Shown here piece after piece: positions 9,462 to 18,369 of a stretch of DNA of 64,000 nucleotides. Origin of the DNA: Phycisphaerales bacterium (lineage in GTDB: Bacteria; Planctomycetota; Phycisphaerae; Phycisphaerales; SM1A02). The stretch is taken from positions 9,443 to 73,442 of the forward strand of contig JBIKWD010000001.1 in the NCBI GenBank assembly GCA_044356505.1, read 5' to 3'. The notes under the pieces are model-generated. The model ran no database searches. It saw only the letters and a list, made by a program, of their open reading frames with translations, and was not told the origin of the DNA. Position 1 is the stretch's first letter. Each line of letters opens with the position of its first letter. Made by a program: the position numbers and the translations under genes.

Positions 9462-10121
9462 TCAGAGAGGGTTGTTCGCGGGGCGTCGCCACGAGTCGAC
9501 CTCGGCCTTCACGAACGGCCGGGTGAGGACGATCGCCATCACGAAGGGCCACGTCGCGAAGAAGATGCTGGCGATTCCGATGCCGCGAAGCGCCTGCGTC
9601 TCCGCTTCGGCTCGGTCGGGAATCGGCGGCAGCTGATCCTCGCGGATGGCCGGGTCCTTGCGCATCTGCTCGCGCACCGAGGCGACGATCTCGATCTGCC
9701 ATTCGACCTGCGGCTTCAGGGTCAGGACCGCGGCCCCGAGCCCGAGGACCACCAGCAGGAGCCGGGCCACGACCCACGACAGGATCAGCGCCCGCCCGCG
9801 CGGATCGCGACGGAGCAGCATCGCCGCGCCCACGATCAGCATCACGCCGAGGACCGTCAGCAGGCCGAACTGGACAACCGTCAGCCAGAGCACCGTCGGC
9901 GGCGGGCTCGGCACCGTGAAGCCGGATGCGGCCGACGCGCGGTCGCCGAACACCACCATCGCGGCGCCGATTCCCTGCATGCAGAAGCCCATCACGCCGA
10001 CCACGAGCGAAAGGCTCGCGAAGACGATGCGCCAACGCGACTGCCTCTCGCTCCGATCGTCGGGATAGGGCGCGTAGGGGCTGCTCTCGGACACGGATGG
10101 TCTCGCGTCGGCTGGGTCCAT
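9462..10121 (-). CDS. Hypothetical integral membrane protein
   Basis: Track ORF, 219 aa. G/C-rich third positions and 4-5 hydrophobic helices. No family recognised. Confidence 0.6.
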   Translation of the reverse strand: MDPADARPSVSESSPYAPYPDDRSERQSRWRIVFASLSLVVGVMGFCMQGIGAAMVVFGDRASAASGFTVPSPPPTVLWLTVVQFGLLTVLGVMLIVGAAMLLRRDPRGRALILSWVVARLLLVVLGLGAAVLTLKPQVEWQIEIVASVREQMRKDPAIREDQLPPIPDRAEAETQALRGIGIASIFFATWPFVMAIVLTRPFVKAEVDSWRRPANNPL

Positions 10122-10145
10122 CGCCGCATCATGTCTGACGCAGGG

Positions 10146-10182
10146 CGAAAATGAAAGCCGCCCCGCCTGGCGGGCGGGGCGG
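10146..10182 (-). terminator. Rho-independent terminator candidate downstream of 10242 gene
   Basis: Perfect 10-bp stem CCGCCCCGCC (10158-10167) / GGCGGGGCGG (10173-10182) with a 5-nt loop. On the minus strand it is followed by CTTTCATTTTCG. Confidence 0.6.
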
Positions 10183-10241
10183 TCTCAGCTCGATAGTCGA
10201 TGGTCGCTGGTCGGGAGCCTTGCCGACGCCGCGCGCGGCCC

Positions 10242-11624
10242 TTACGGGCGCTCGCGCTTCTTCAGGTCGGCGAGGTCCTTCTTCAGGCGCGCGAGCATGC
10301 GCTTGAACTCCTCGGGCGCCTCGTTCTCCGTCTCGCTCGGCGGGAAGAACCTCGGTTCCTCGTAGACCATGCCCGGGTAGCAGCGCTCGTACCACTTGTT
10401 GATCTCGGTCAGGGTGCGGATCTGGAACCCGAGCATCTCCTCCTCGGTGGATCCGGCGGGATTCTGGAGATCGTTCGCGAGGCGGACCTTCTCCTCGATG
10501 CAGCGCTTGAGCAGCCGCTGCCAGTTCTCGGCGATGCGGCGGCCCGCCTTCTCCTCGGTCCAGTCCTTCAACTGGAGGAGCGCGGCGAGTTCCTCGACCG
10601 TGTCGGCGGTGCCGTCGGAGAATCCGCTGTGAAGCGCGTTCGATGCGTTGAGCGTCAGGTTCTCCTTCGCGTCGGAGAGCTTGTACTTGCCCTGCATCGT
10701 GCTGTACCAGGTGACGTTGCCGTCCTCGTCCTTGTCGTAGCTGCACTCGATCGGGTTGGTCACCATCGCCTGCGCGACGATCGGCGGACGTCCGCCCATC
10801 TTGGCGACCTCGGCGATCTTCTCGAGCCACGCATCGAGTTCGCGGCCCGAGATGGCGGTCGTGCCCGCGAACATCGTGATCGAGCCGAATGCGCCGACGC
10901 GCATGAAGTAGATCTCGTCGCAGTGCAGCGCCGTGAAGGCCGCGGCGGAGATCGCCTCGCGGATCCACGCGATGACGCGGTGGCGCTTCTTGACCTCCTT
11001 GAGCGTGGCGTGGATCTTGTCGCCTTCGATCACGAGGCCGCCGCCGCTCTCGATCAGGAGCACGATGATCTGGCCGTCGCCGAACTTGTCGGCTTCCTTG
11101 GCGACCGCCTCGATCTCGTTGTGGCGCATGCCGGTGCCGACCGTGCCGTTCATCGGAAGGACGAAGATGCGCGGCTTCTCCGCCATCGGCGAGGCGGACT
11201 TCTTCGGGCCTTTGCCGCGGGCCGGCGTCGTCTGTCCGCCCGTCGTCGACTGAGACTTCGACGCGGAGGCCTGGGAAGCAGGCGCCGCGGGGGACGGCTC
11301 CTTCGCGGAGCCTCCGCCCGATGCATCCACCGCATCCGAGATGGTCTCGAGCTTGCGGAGATCGAAGGAGACGATCGTGCGCCGGACGGTGCGGCCGTTC
11401 TCCTCGACCTCGATCACGACGAGATTCCTCTCGGCCTTGACGACGGTCCCTTCGACCGTGAGCTCGCGGCCGTTCTGAACATAGGTTGCGCGGACCGTGG
11501 CGCCCACGTCGCCCTTCCAAACGGAGCCGTTCGAGAGACGGACGTCCGCCGCGTAGGACGGCGATGCCAGGAGGAGGATGGCCACGAGGATCGCGGCCGT
11601 GCGGGTGAGGGTTGCGAGGTTCAT
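10242..11624 (-). CDS. Secreted ClpP-fold NfeD/SppA-like serine peptidase family protein
   Basis: Track ORF 10242..11786. Start placed at ATG 11624, giving the signal peptide MNLATLTRTAAILVAILLLASPSYA. The central region IFVLPMNGTVG...IIVLLIESGGGLV...WIREAISAAAFTALHCDEIYF resembles the NfeD/ClpP-class peptidase domain. Confidence 0.65.
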   Translation of the reverse strand: MNLATLTRTAAILVAILLLASPSYAADVRLSNGSVWKGDVGATVRATYVQNGRELTVEGTVVKAERNLVVIEVEENGRTVRRTIVSFDLRKLETISDAVDASGGGSAKEPSPAAPASQASASKSQSTTGGQTTPARGKGPKKSASPMAEKPRIFVLPMNGTVGTGMRHNEIEAVAKEADKFGDGQIIVLLIESGGGLVIEGDKIHATLKEVKKRHRVIAWIREAISAAAFTALHCDEIYFMRVGAFGSITMFAGTTAISGRELDAWLEKIAEVAKMGGRPPIVAQAMVTNPIECSYDKDEDGNVTWYSTMQGKYKLSDAKENLTLNASNALHSGFSDGTADTVEELAALLQLKDWTEEKAGRRIAENWQRLLKRCIEEKVRLANDLQNPAGSTEEEMLGFQIRTLTEINKWYERCYPGMVYEEPRFFPPSETENEAPEEFKRMLARLKKDLADLKKRERP

Positions 11625-11733
11625 GTTCTGTTCAACCAATCTCTGTGTGTTCAGCTTCTGCCTGCGTTCGCGCGGGGCGCGTTCTTCGCGGATGTCGGCT
11701 CGTCCGTCGGCCGGGTTCGAGCGGAGCGGGCCG

Positions 11734-12897
11734 TCAGCGACCGCCGCCGAGCCCGCCCATGCCGCCGCCGCCGCGACCGCCGCCACCGCTTCCGCGGTTG
11801 CGCTTCTCGGCTTCCTTCATCCGCGCGATGTCCTTCTTCAGGTTGTCGATCAGCAGCTCGAGCTCCATGCGGCTTGGCATCCGCTCGATGCGCGCCTTGT
11901 ACTCGATCGCCGGGTAGCGCTTCATCGCGTCGACGATGTTGCCAAGCAGCGACACGCGGCGCGCGAGGCCGGCTGAGTCTTCGTCGGTCTCGATGGCGTC
12001 GCGGAGCCAGTCCCTGCAGCGGTCGAACGCCTTGCGCCAGTCCTCGACGTAGCTCTTGCCGATCTTCTCGCCGTTCTCGAGCTTGTTGTACTCGCGGTAG
12101 CCGAGAAGGAACATGAGATCGCCGAGGTCGTCGGCGACGCCCTTGGCGAGACCGGACTCCTCGGCGAGCAGCGCCGAGAAGTTCGCGACCTGCTCCGGCG
12201 AGTTGTCGACGATCCAGACTCCGCTCGCGTCGGGCATCCACACGACGTTGCGTCCCTCGAACTTGATGGAGAGCGACTCGCTCGGCGTCATCATCGCCTC
12301 TCCGAGGACCAGCGGGTATCCGCCCTGCTCGAGGAAGCCGTTCGCCATGCCCTTGATGGCGCGGTCCATCTTCGACGCCACGTCGGGGTCCTCCCAGCCG
12401 CCCGCCATCTGTCCGACCCGCGACAGACCCATGATGCGGCCGTCGCTGCGGATGTAGAGCTCGGGCCACGCGAGCGCGATCAGCGAGCCGAACCCGACCG
12501 AGTCGCGCACCCACATGATCTGGGGGATGTCGCGCAGGTCCTCCTGGAAGCGCTTTACCATGCCGCGGTAGTCCTCGATGAGCCCGAGGCCGAACTCACC
12601 GCGGTCGTCGTCCTGCAGGTAGAAGTTCTGGTTGACGTCGGCGCTGAAGAGATCGATGACGATGATGTCGGGCTTCGTCTTCTTGATGTCCTCGATGTAG
12701 CGCTCGAAGAGCTGCATGTTGATGTCGGTGCCCATCTGGCCCGACCCGCCGTCCGGACCGGCGAGCGGCACGACGTACACGTTCGGGGTCGCAAGCGTCG
12801 ATGGCAGCGGCGCACGGCTCTGCGCGACCGCTTCGCCTCCGAGGGCGAGCGAGAGGCTTGAGGCAAGAACGGCGACGGTCGAGGTGATGGTTCGCAT
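11734..12897 (-). CDS. Secreted NfeD-like ClpP-fold protein, paralogue of 10242..11624
   Basis: Track ORF, 387 aa. Signal peptide MRTITSTVAVLASSLSLALGGEAVA. Related core (VYVVPLAGP...IIVIDLFSADV...). Shared C-terminal module (EDWRKAFDRC, LIDNLKKDIARMKE versus ENWQRLLKRC, LARLKKDLADLKK). Gly-rich basic tail. Confidence 0.65.
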   Translation of the reverse strand: MRTITSTVAVLASSLSLALGGEAVAQSRAPLPSTLATPNVYVVPLAGPDGGSGQMGTDINMQLFERYIEDIKKTKPDIIVIDLFSADVNQNFYLQDDDRGEFGLGLIEDYRGMVKRFQEDLRDIPQIMWVRDSVGFGSLIALAWPELYIRSDGRIMGLSRVGQMAGGWEDPDVASKMDRAIKGMANGFLEQGGYPLVLGEAMMTPSESLSIKFEGRNVVWMPDASGVWIVDNSPEQVANFSALLAEESGLAKGVADDLGDLMFLLGYREYNKLENGEKIGKSYVEDWRKAFDRCRDWLRDAIETDEDSAGLARRVSLLGNIVDAMKRYPAIEYKARIERMPSRMELELLIDNLKKDIARMKEAEKRNRGSGGGGRGGGGMGGLGGGR

Positions 12898-13129
12898 GGC
12901 GCGCGTGACCTGAGGTTGGGTTGACCGAAAGGATGAAGTCGAGGGTGCCTGTCTTCCGGCGGCTCGGCGGGAAAGCCAGACCGACCCACCCGAGACCGAT
13001 CGAAGATCGGCTCGCGCGGCCCGGTTCGGGGATAGTACACCTCCGAACGCAGCGGTTGCGAGTCCTGCCCGCGAAGCCGAGCAATTCTCGGCCGCCGCAA
13101 CCGCGGGAGCCCGGCCGTCGTCGGCCTTG

Positions 13130-13237
13130 CCCCGCCCGCAGGCGCTATCGCACCCCGCCCGCAGGCGCTATCGCACCCCGCCCGCAGGCGCTATCGCACC
13201 CCGCCCGCAGGCGCTATCGCACCCCGCCCGCAGGCGA
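13130..13237. repeat. Perfect 23-bp tandem repeat, about 4.7 copies, intergenic
   Basis: Unit CCCCGCCCGCAGGCGCTATCGCA. Four identical copies at 13130-13221 plus a 16-bp partial copy. Lies between the cca stop (13250) and the start of the 12897 gene. Confidence 0.95.
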
Positions 13238-13249
13238 TACGCCGCAGCG

Positions 13250-14488
13250 TCAGGGGCGGTTCTCGGCATCCCGCACGAGGCGAAGCGCGTCCTCGGCCGA
13301 GGAGATGCGCCCCTCGAGCTGGGCGTCCATGGCGAGCCCGAGCCACTCCTTGAAGCTGGGTCCGGGCCGATACCCCGCTGCGATCAGCGCGGCTCCGTCG
13401 AGAAGCGGATGCGGGAGCGCGCGCGCTGGAAGCTCGCGGTCGGCGCGCTCCGCGATCTCGCGGCCGCGTTCGGGCGCCTCCGCCGCGACGAGCAGGACCG
13501 CGCTGTCGAAGCCGGGCTCCGCGATGAGCCTCGCCCGCTGCGCGACTCCGAGCCGGTCGAACTCCCGGAGGAGCGTCCCGCGGATCGAGAGCGCGTGGGA
13601 GATGGCGTCGGTTTCGTCGTTCGACAGGACGAGCCGCCGCCGAAGCATGGAGATCAGCTCGGCCTGCGCGTCTTCCCCGGCGTCGCCCCCCACCCGATCG
13701 AGCCACCACGCGGCGAGTGCGGTCGTCCACCCCCCGAGCGGGACGTCGGACGGCAGGCCCTCGATCCGCCGGCCGGCGCGCACTCCGCGAACTCCGAAGA
13801 CGGCGCCGTCGAGCCCGAGCGCCTCGACGAGGTCGGCGGCGCGGGCGCGGTTCGGGTGCGCGAGCATCTCGCGCAGCTCCGCGCCGACGCGCTCGGCGCT
13901 GACGGATGCGAGCTCGCCGGCGTGGACGGCGACCGCGTCGAACGTGGCACGTTCGATCTCGAAGCCGAGCCGCGCCGCGAAGCGCGCCGCGCGAAGCATG
14001 CGGAGCCGGTCCTCGCGGATGCGTTCGTGGGGGTCGCCGATCGCGCGGACGAGCCGCGCGGCGATGTCGCTCTCGCCGCCGACGAAGTCGACCGTCTTTC
14101 CGCTCGCAGGATCCTCGAACAGCCCGTTGATCGTGAAGTCGCGCCGTTTCGCGTCGTGTTCCGCCGTCGAGTAGCTCACCTCGCTTGGCCGCCGGCCGTC
14201 GTGGTACGGGCCGTCCTCGCGGAAGGTGGCGACCTCGAAGGTGTGACCGCCGTGGCGCACGAGCATGACGCCGAACGCCTCGCCGACGCCGCGCGCCTTC
14301 GGATAGACGGCCTTGACCTCGTCGGGCCGCGCGCCCGTCGCGATGTCGTAGTCCTTCACGGGGCGCCCGAGCAGCCGGTCGCGCACGCAGCCGCCGGCGA
14401 AGTAGACCTCGTGGCCCGCCCGGGCGAGTCCGTCCGCGACCGCGCACGCGGCGTCGCGCAGCGGCATCGCGGGATCGCGGCCGTTCAT
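13250..14488 (-). CDS. cca: CCA-adding tRNA nucleotidyltransferase / poly(A) polymerase family protein
   Basis: In-frame part of track ORF 13250..15292. Start is ATG 14488 (or 14467). Motifs GGCVRDRLLG, DYDIAT, RRDFTINGL. ATG overlaps the plsC stop (ATGA). Confidence 0.85.
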   Translation of the reverse strand: MNGRDPAMPLRDAACAVADGLARAGHEVYFAGGCVRDRLLGRPVKDYDIATGARPDEVKAVYPKARGVGEAFGVMLVRHGGHTFEVATFREDGPYHDGRRPSEVSYSTAEHDAKRRDFTINGLFEDPASGKTVDFVGGESDIAARLVRAIGDPHERIREDRLRMLRAARFAARLGFEIERATFDAVAVHAGELASVSAERVGAELREMLAHPNRARAADLVEALGLDGAVFGVRGVRAGRRIEGLPSDVPLGGWTTALAAWWLDRVGGDAGEDAQAELISMLRRRLVLSNDETDAISHALSIRGTLLREFDRLGVAQRARLIAEPGFDSAVLLVAAEAPERGREIAERADRELPARALPHPLLDGAALIAAGYRPGPSFKEWLGLAMDAQLEGRISSAEDALRLVRDAENRP

Positions 14489-15204
14489 CGCGCGTCCCCG
14501 CCACGCCATGCGGTCAGTTCGGCGCGCGCGTCCGCGAAGGCGGCCGAGACCGCCGCATGCATCGTCGCGAGCGCCTCTTCCTCGGGCATGGCGGCAAGCG
14601 CCGCGCCGTCGAGGGGCTCGCCGCACGAGCAGACGACCTTGCCGCGGAAATGCGGGAGCTTGCGCGCGCGCGGCCAGGCCTCGAACGCGCCGTCGACGCC
14701 CATCGGCAGCACCGCGGGCTTCACCTTCTTGACGAGCAGCATGACGCCTCGCTTGAAGGCGAGCATCTCGCCGTCCTGCGAGCGCGTTCCCTCGGGATAG
14801 AGGATGACGACGCGACCTGCCTCGAGTTCGGCGATCGCGACGCGCATCGCCTCGAGGTCGCCGCCCGAACGCTTGATGGGCTGCGCGTGCACGGAGCGGA
14901 TCAGCCAGCCGAACGGGCCGACGAAGAGTGTGTCGCGCGCGAGCGCCGTGAACTGGCGGTCCCACACCGTCACGCCGTTGATCATCGGATCGAGGAACGA
15001 CTGGTGGTTGGAGATGACGAGGATCGGTCCCGTGCGCGGCACGCGCTCGCGGTGGATCCGTCGGAGTCCGTAGCAGAGCTTGAGCGCGCTCCAGCAGCAG
15101 AAAGCGCAGAAATCCCACCACGCCGTCGCGACGAAGCCCCGTCCGGGCACGCGACGCCGATGGTCGAACGGATTGGGAAGGACGGGGACCCGTGCCGCTG
15201 TCAC
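14485..15204 (-). CDS. plsC: 1-acyl-sn-glycerol-3-phosphate acyltransferase
   Basis: Track ORF, 239 aa. H(X4)D motif NHQSFLD and PEGTRS motif. GTG start overlaps the cmk stop (GTGA). Confidence 0.85.
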   Translation of the reverse strand: MTAARVPVLPNPFDHRRRVPGRGFVATAWWDFCAFCCWSALKLCYGLRRIHRERVPRTGPILVISNHQSFLDPMINGVTVWDRQFTALARDTLFVGPFGWLIRSVHAQPIKRSGGDLEAMRVAIAELEAGRVVILYPEGTRSQDGEMLAFKRGVMLLVKKVKPAVLPMGVDGAFEAWPRARKLPHFRGKVVCSCGEPLDGAALAAMPEEEALATMHAAVSAAFADARAELTAWRGGDAR

Positions 15205-15953
15205 GGCGCGCTCGCCCCGCCGCCCTTGCCGTGCGTGGGGCGCGCGCTCGCGGCGAGCGCCTCGCCCGCGCGGGCGCGCACGATCGCGGCAAGCCGGTCG
15301 ATCACGTCGGGAACGTCGATGTCGCTTGTGTCGACGATCTCCGCGCCGCGCGGGCAGACGAGCGGTCCATCGACTCGGGTCGAGTCGATTCGGTCGCGCT
15401 CGAGGATCTGCGCGAGCACCTCGTCGTAGGTCGTCCGGATCCCCTTCACCGCGAGCTGCTCGACGCGTCGGCGCGCGCGGATCTCCGGCCGGGCGTCGAG
15501 GTAGATGCGCACGTCCGCGTCGGGAAACACCACCGACCCCTGGTCGCGGCCTTCGGTCACGAGCCGGGGATGCCGGCGGGCGATGGCGCGCTGGGCGCGG
15601 ACCATCTCGGCGCGCACCTCGGCAATCCGCGCCACGTCCGAGACGGCGCGCGTCACCTCGGGGGTGCGGATCCGCTCTCCGACGACGCGGCCGTTCACGA
15701 AGAGGTCTGGCGGATCGTGCTTCCAGTCGAACGACAGGTCGAGGGCCCGCATCAGCTCGGCGACGCGGGCGCCGTCGGCCGGGTCGATGCCGCGGTCAAG
15801 CGCCTCGAGCGCCAACGCGCGGTACATCGCGCCCGTGTCGAGGAACTCGAGCCCGAGGCGCTTCGCGAGCGAATGCGCGACGGTCGACTTGCCCGTTCCC
15901 GCCGGTCCGTCGATCGTGACGATGAAGGAGAGCGCGGCAGGCACGGCGAGCAC
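15201..15953 (-). CDS. cmk: Cytidylate kinase
   Basis: Track ORF, 250 aa. P-loop IDGPAGTGKST, then FLDTGAMYRA, typical of Cmk. Confidence 0.9.
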   Translation of the reverse strand: MLAVPAALSFIVTIDGPAGTGKSTVAHSLAKRLGLEFLDTGAMYRALALEALDRGIDPADGARVAELMRALDLSFDWKHDPPDLFVNGRVVGERIRTPEVTRAVSDVARIAEVRAEMVRAQRAIARRHPRLVTEGRDQGSVVFPDADVRIYLDARPEIRARRRVEQLAVKGIRTTYDEVLAQILERDRIDSTRVDGPLVCPRGAEIVDTSDIDVPDVIDRLAAIVRARAGEALAASARPTHGKGGGASAP

Positions 15954-16862
15954 TCACTCCTCCTCTTCGTCCAGCGCGAGCTCGGGTTCCGAGCACGCGG
16001 CCTCGAGCGCCTCGCGGGCCTTGATCAGGTCGCCGATGATGTCGACCCCGGCCTGCTTGTTCGACGCCTGCTTCTTCGGCGCCTTCTTCGCGGCGCCGTC
16101 CGTCTCGCGGCCGACGAAGTCGAGCGCGAGCGTGTTGCCGTAGCCGACGCTCTGCACGCACTCGACGCAGGTCGCGAGGCTGTACCCGTCGTGCTCGCCG
16201 GTCTTCCCGTCGAACCCGCGGACGCTGGCCGCGATCGCGGGCGCGTACGGAGCGAGCTTGCGCAGCGTGTTCTCGAGATCGCCCGAGGCGAACGCGTGCG
16301 CGAAGCTCGGATAGCTGCCGATGCGGAACCCGCCGATCTTCTTGATGAGGTCCGTGAGGCGCGCCGCCGTGAAGGTGAGGCCCTCGTGCGGCGCAAGCAG
16401 CAGGTTGAGCTCGTGGCGGTCGAGTTCCCTGAGCACGGCCTTCACGCCCGCGGCGGTCGCTTCGAGCGCGGAGTCTGTGTCGGCTGCGTGCACGCGAACG
16501 GCGATCGACGGGCAGCCGAGCCGGCTCGCCGCGATCCCGAGACGCTTGATCCGGTCGACGGACTTGACCCAGTTCGGGCCGCGCTCGGTGAAGTCGATGG
16601 GCGGCTCCTCGTAGAGCAGGAGCACCGGGCAATGCGCGCGGTCGGCGGCGTCGCGGAGCTTTTCGACCTCGCTGAGGCCGAAACCCTTGAGCAGGTCGGT
16701 CGGCAGGTTGAGGCCCCGAAGCTGGAGATCCGTCGCAACGAACTCGGGAACCTCGAAGACGTTCCGCGGCAGCCGCACGTTGGCGGACGCGAAGGACTCG
16801 GGGCTTGCCAGCAACGGCCTGACGGAACCCGCGGAAAGCGTGAGGAGGATCTCTGGTTGCAC
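15954..16862 (-). CDS. Xylose-isomerase-like TIM-barrel (sugar phosphate isomerase/epimerase family) protein, tentative
   Basis: Track ORF 15954..16964. Start uncertain; GTG 16862 is preferred and the upstream part is Arg/Ala/Ser-rich. Alternating beta/alpha pattern with conserved acidic/His positions (LLLYEEP, IAVRVHAADT, NLLLAPHEG). Lys/Ala-rich acidic C-terminal tail. Abuts the cmk start. Confidence 0.5.
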   Translation of the reverse strand: MQPEILLTLSAGSVRPLLASPESFASANVRLPRNVFEVPEFVATDLQLRGLNLPTDLLKGFGLSEVEKLRDAADRAHCPVLLLYEEPPIDFTERGPNWVKSVDRIKRLGIAASRLGCPSIAVRVHAADTDSALEATAAGVKAVLRELDRHELNLLLAPHEGLTFTAARLTDLIKKIGGFRIGSYPSFAHAFASGDLENTLRKLAPYAPAIAASVRGFDGKTGEHDGYSLATCVECVQSVGYGNTLALDFVGRETDGAAKKAPKKQASNKQAGVDIIGDLIKAREALEAACSEPELALDEEEE

Positions 16863-17146
16863 GGGAGAGGGACTTCGGGAGGCCGCCGATCGGACGGCGG
16901 TCGTGGCTCGATCCGCCGCAGGGCGCAGGAAACAGGTGTGCGGGCGCGAACACCGCCGCGCCACAGCGGGAGTCTACCACGTCGAGGCGACGAGCCGTTC
17001 CCCCGCCGCTCGGTTCTCGGACGATTTCCACCCCGCCGCCGACGCTCCGCCCCGCTTCGTTATCATCGCGCCCCCTTCCCCGGGGCCGCGTTCATGGAGC
17101 GCGGCGTTCGAGTCGCCCGCATCGAGTCCCGCTCCCTGGATACCGC

Positions 17147-17527
17147 ATGTCCACCCCATCCGATTGCCGAGTTTCCGACACGCATGAATGGTTCCGAGTG
17201 AACGGCAGCACCGTCACCATGGGGATCACCCAGCACGCGGCCGACGCGCTCACCGACATCACGTTCGTGGAGATGAAGCCGGCCGGCACCAGCGTGTCGG
17301 CGGGCGGCGTCGTCGGCGAGGTCGAGAGCGTGAAGACAGCGAGCGAGATCTACTCGGTCGCAGCCGGCAGGATCGTCGAGGTCAACCCCGAGGCCGCCAA
17401 GGACCCGTCGCTTCTCAACAGCGACCCCTACGGCAAGGGCTGGCTCATCAAGCTCGAGGTCGGCGACGCATCCGCGATCCTCGCGCTGCCGAACGGCGCC
17501 GAGTACGACAAGCGGCACGGCCACTGA
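17147..17527 (+). CDS. gcvH: Glycine cleavage system H protein (lipoyl carrier)
   Basis: Track ORF, 126 aa. Lipoyl-lysine motif GEVESVKTASEIYS; C-terminal PYGKGWLIKLE. Confidence 0.9.
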   Translation: MSTPSDCRVSDTHEWFRVNGSTVTMGITQHAADALTDITFVEMKPAGTSVSAGGVVGEVESVKTASEIYSVAAGRIVEVNPEAAKDPSLLNSDPYGKGWLIKLEVGDASAILALPNGAEYDKRHGH

Positions 17528-17592
17528 AAGCGGCGTGTCGCGGGCGTGGCCGCAGCCGATGCGGCGCCTACGCTCAGAACCCGACCGAACCC

Positions 17593-18369
<777 letters not shown>

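Noticed and set aside
13130-13237. The tandem arrays at 13130, 55344 and 56625 considered as CRISPR arrays.
   Set aside because: The units are directly abutting with no unique spacers. They are too short (13-23 bp), and no cas genes or leader are present.
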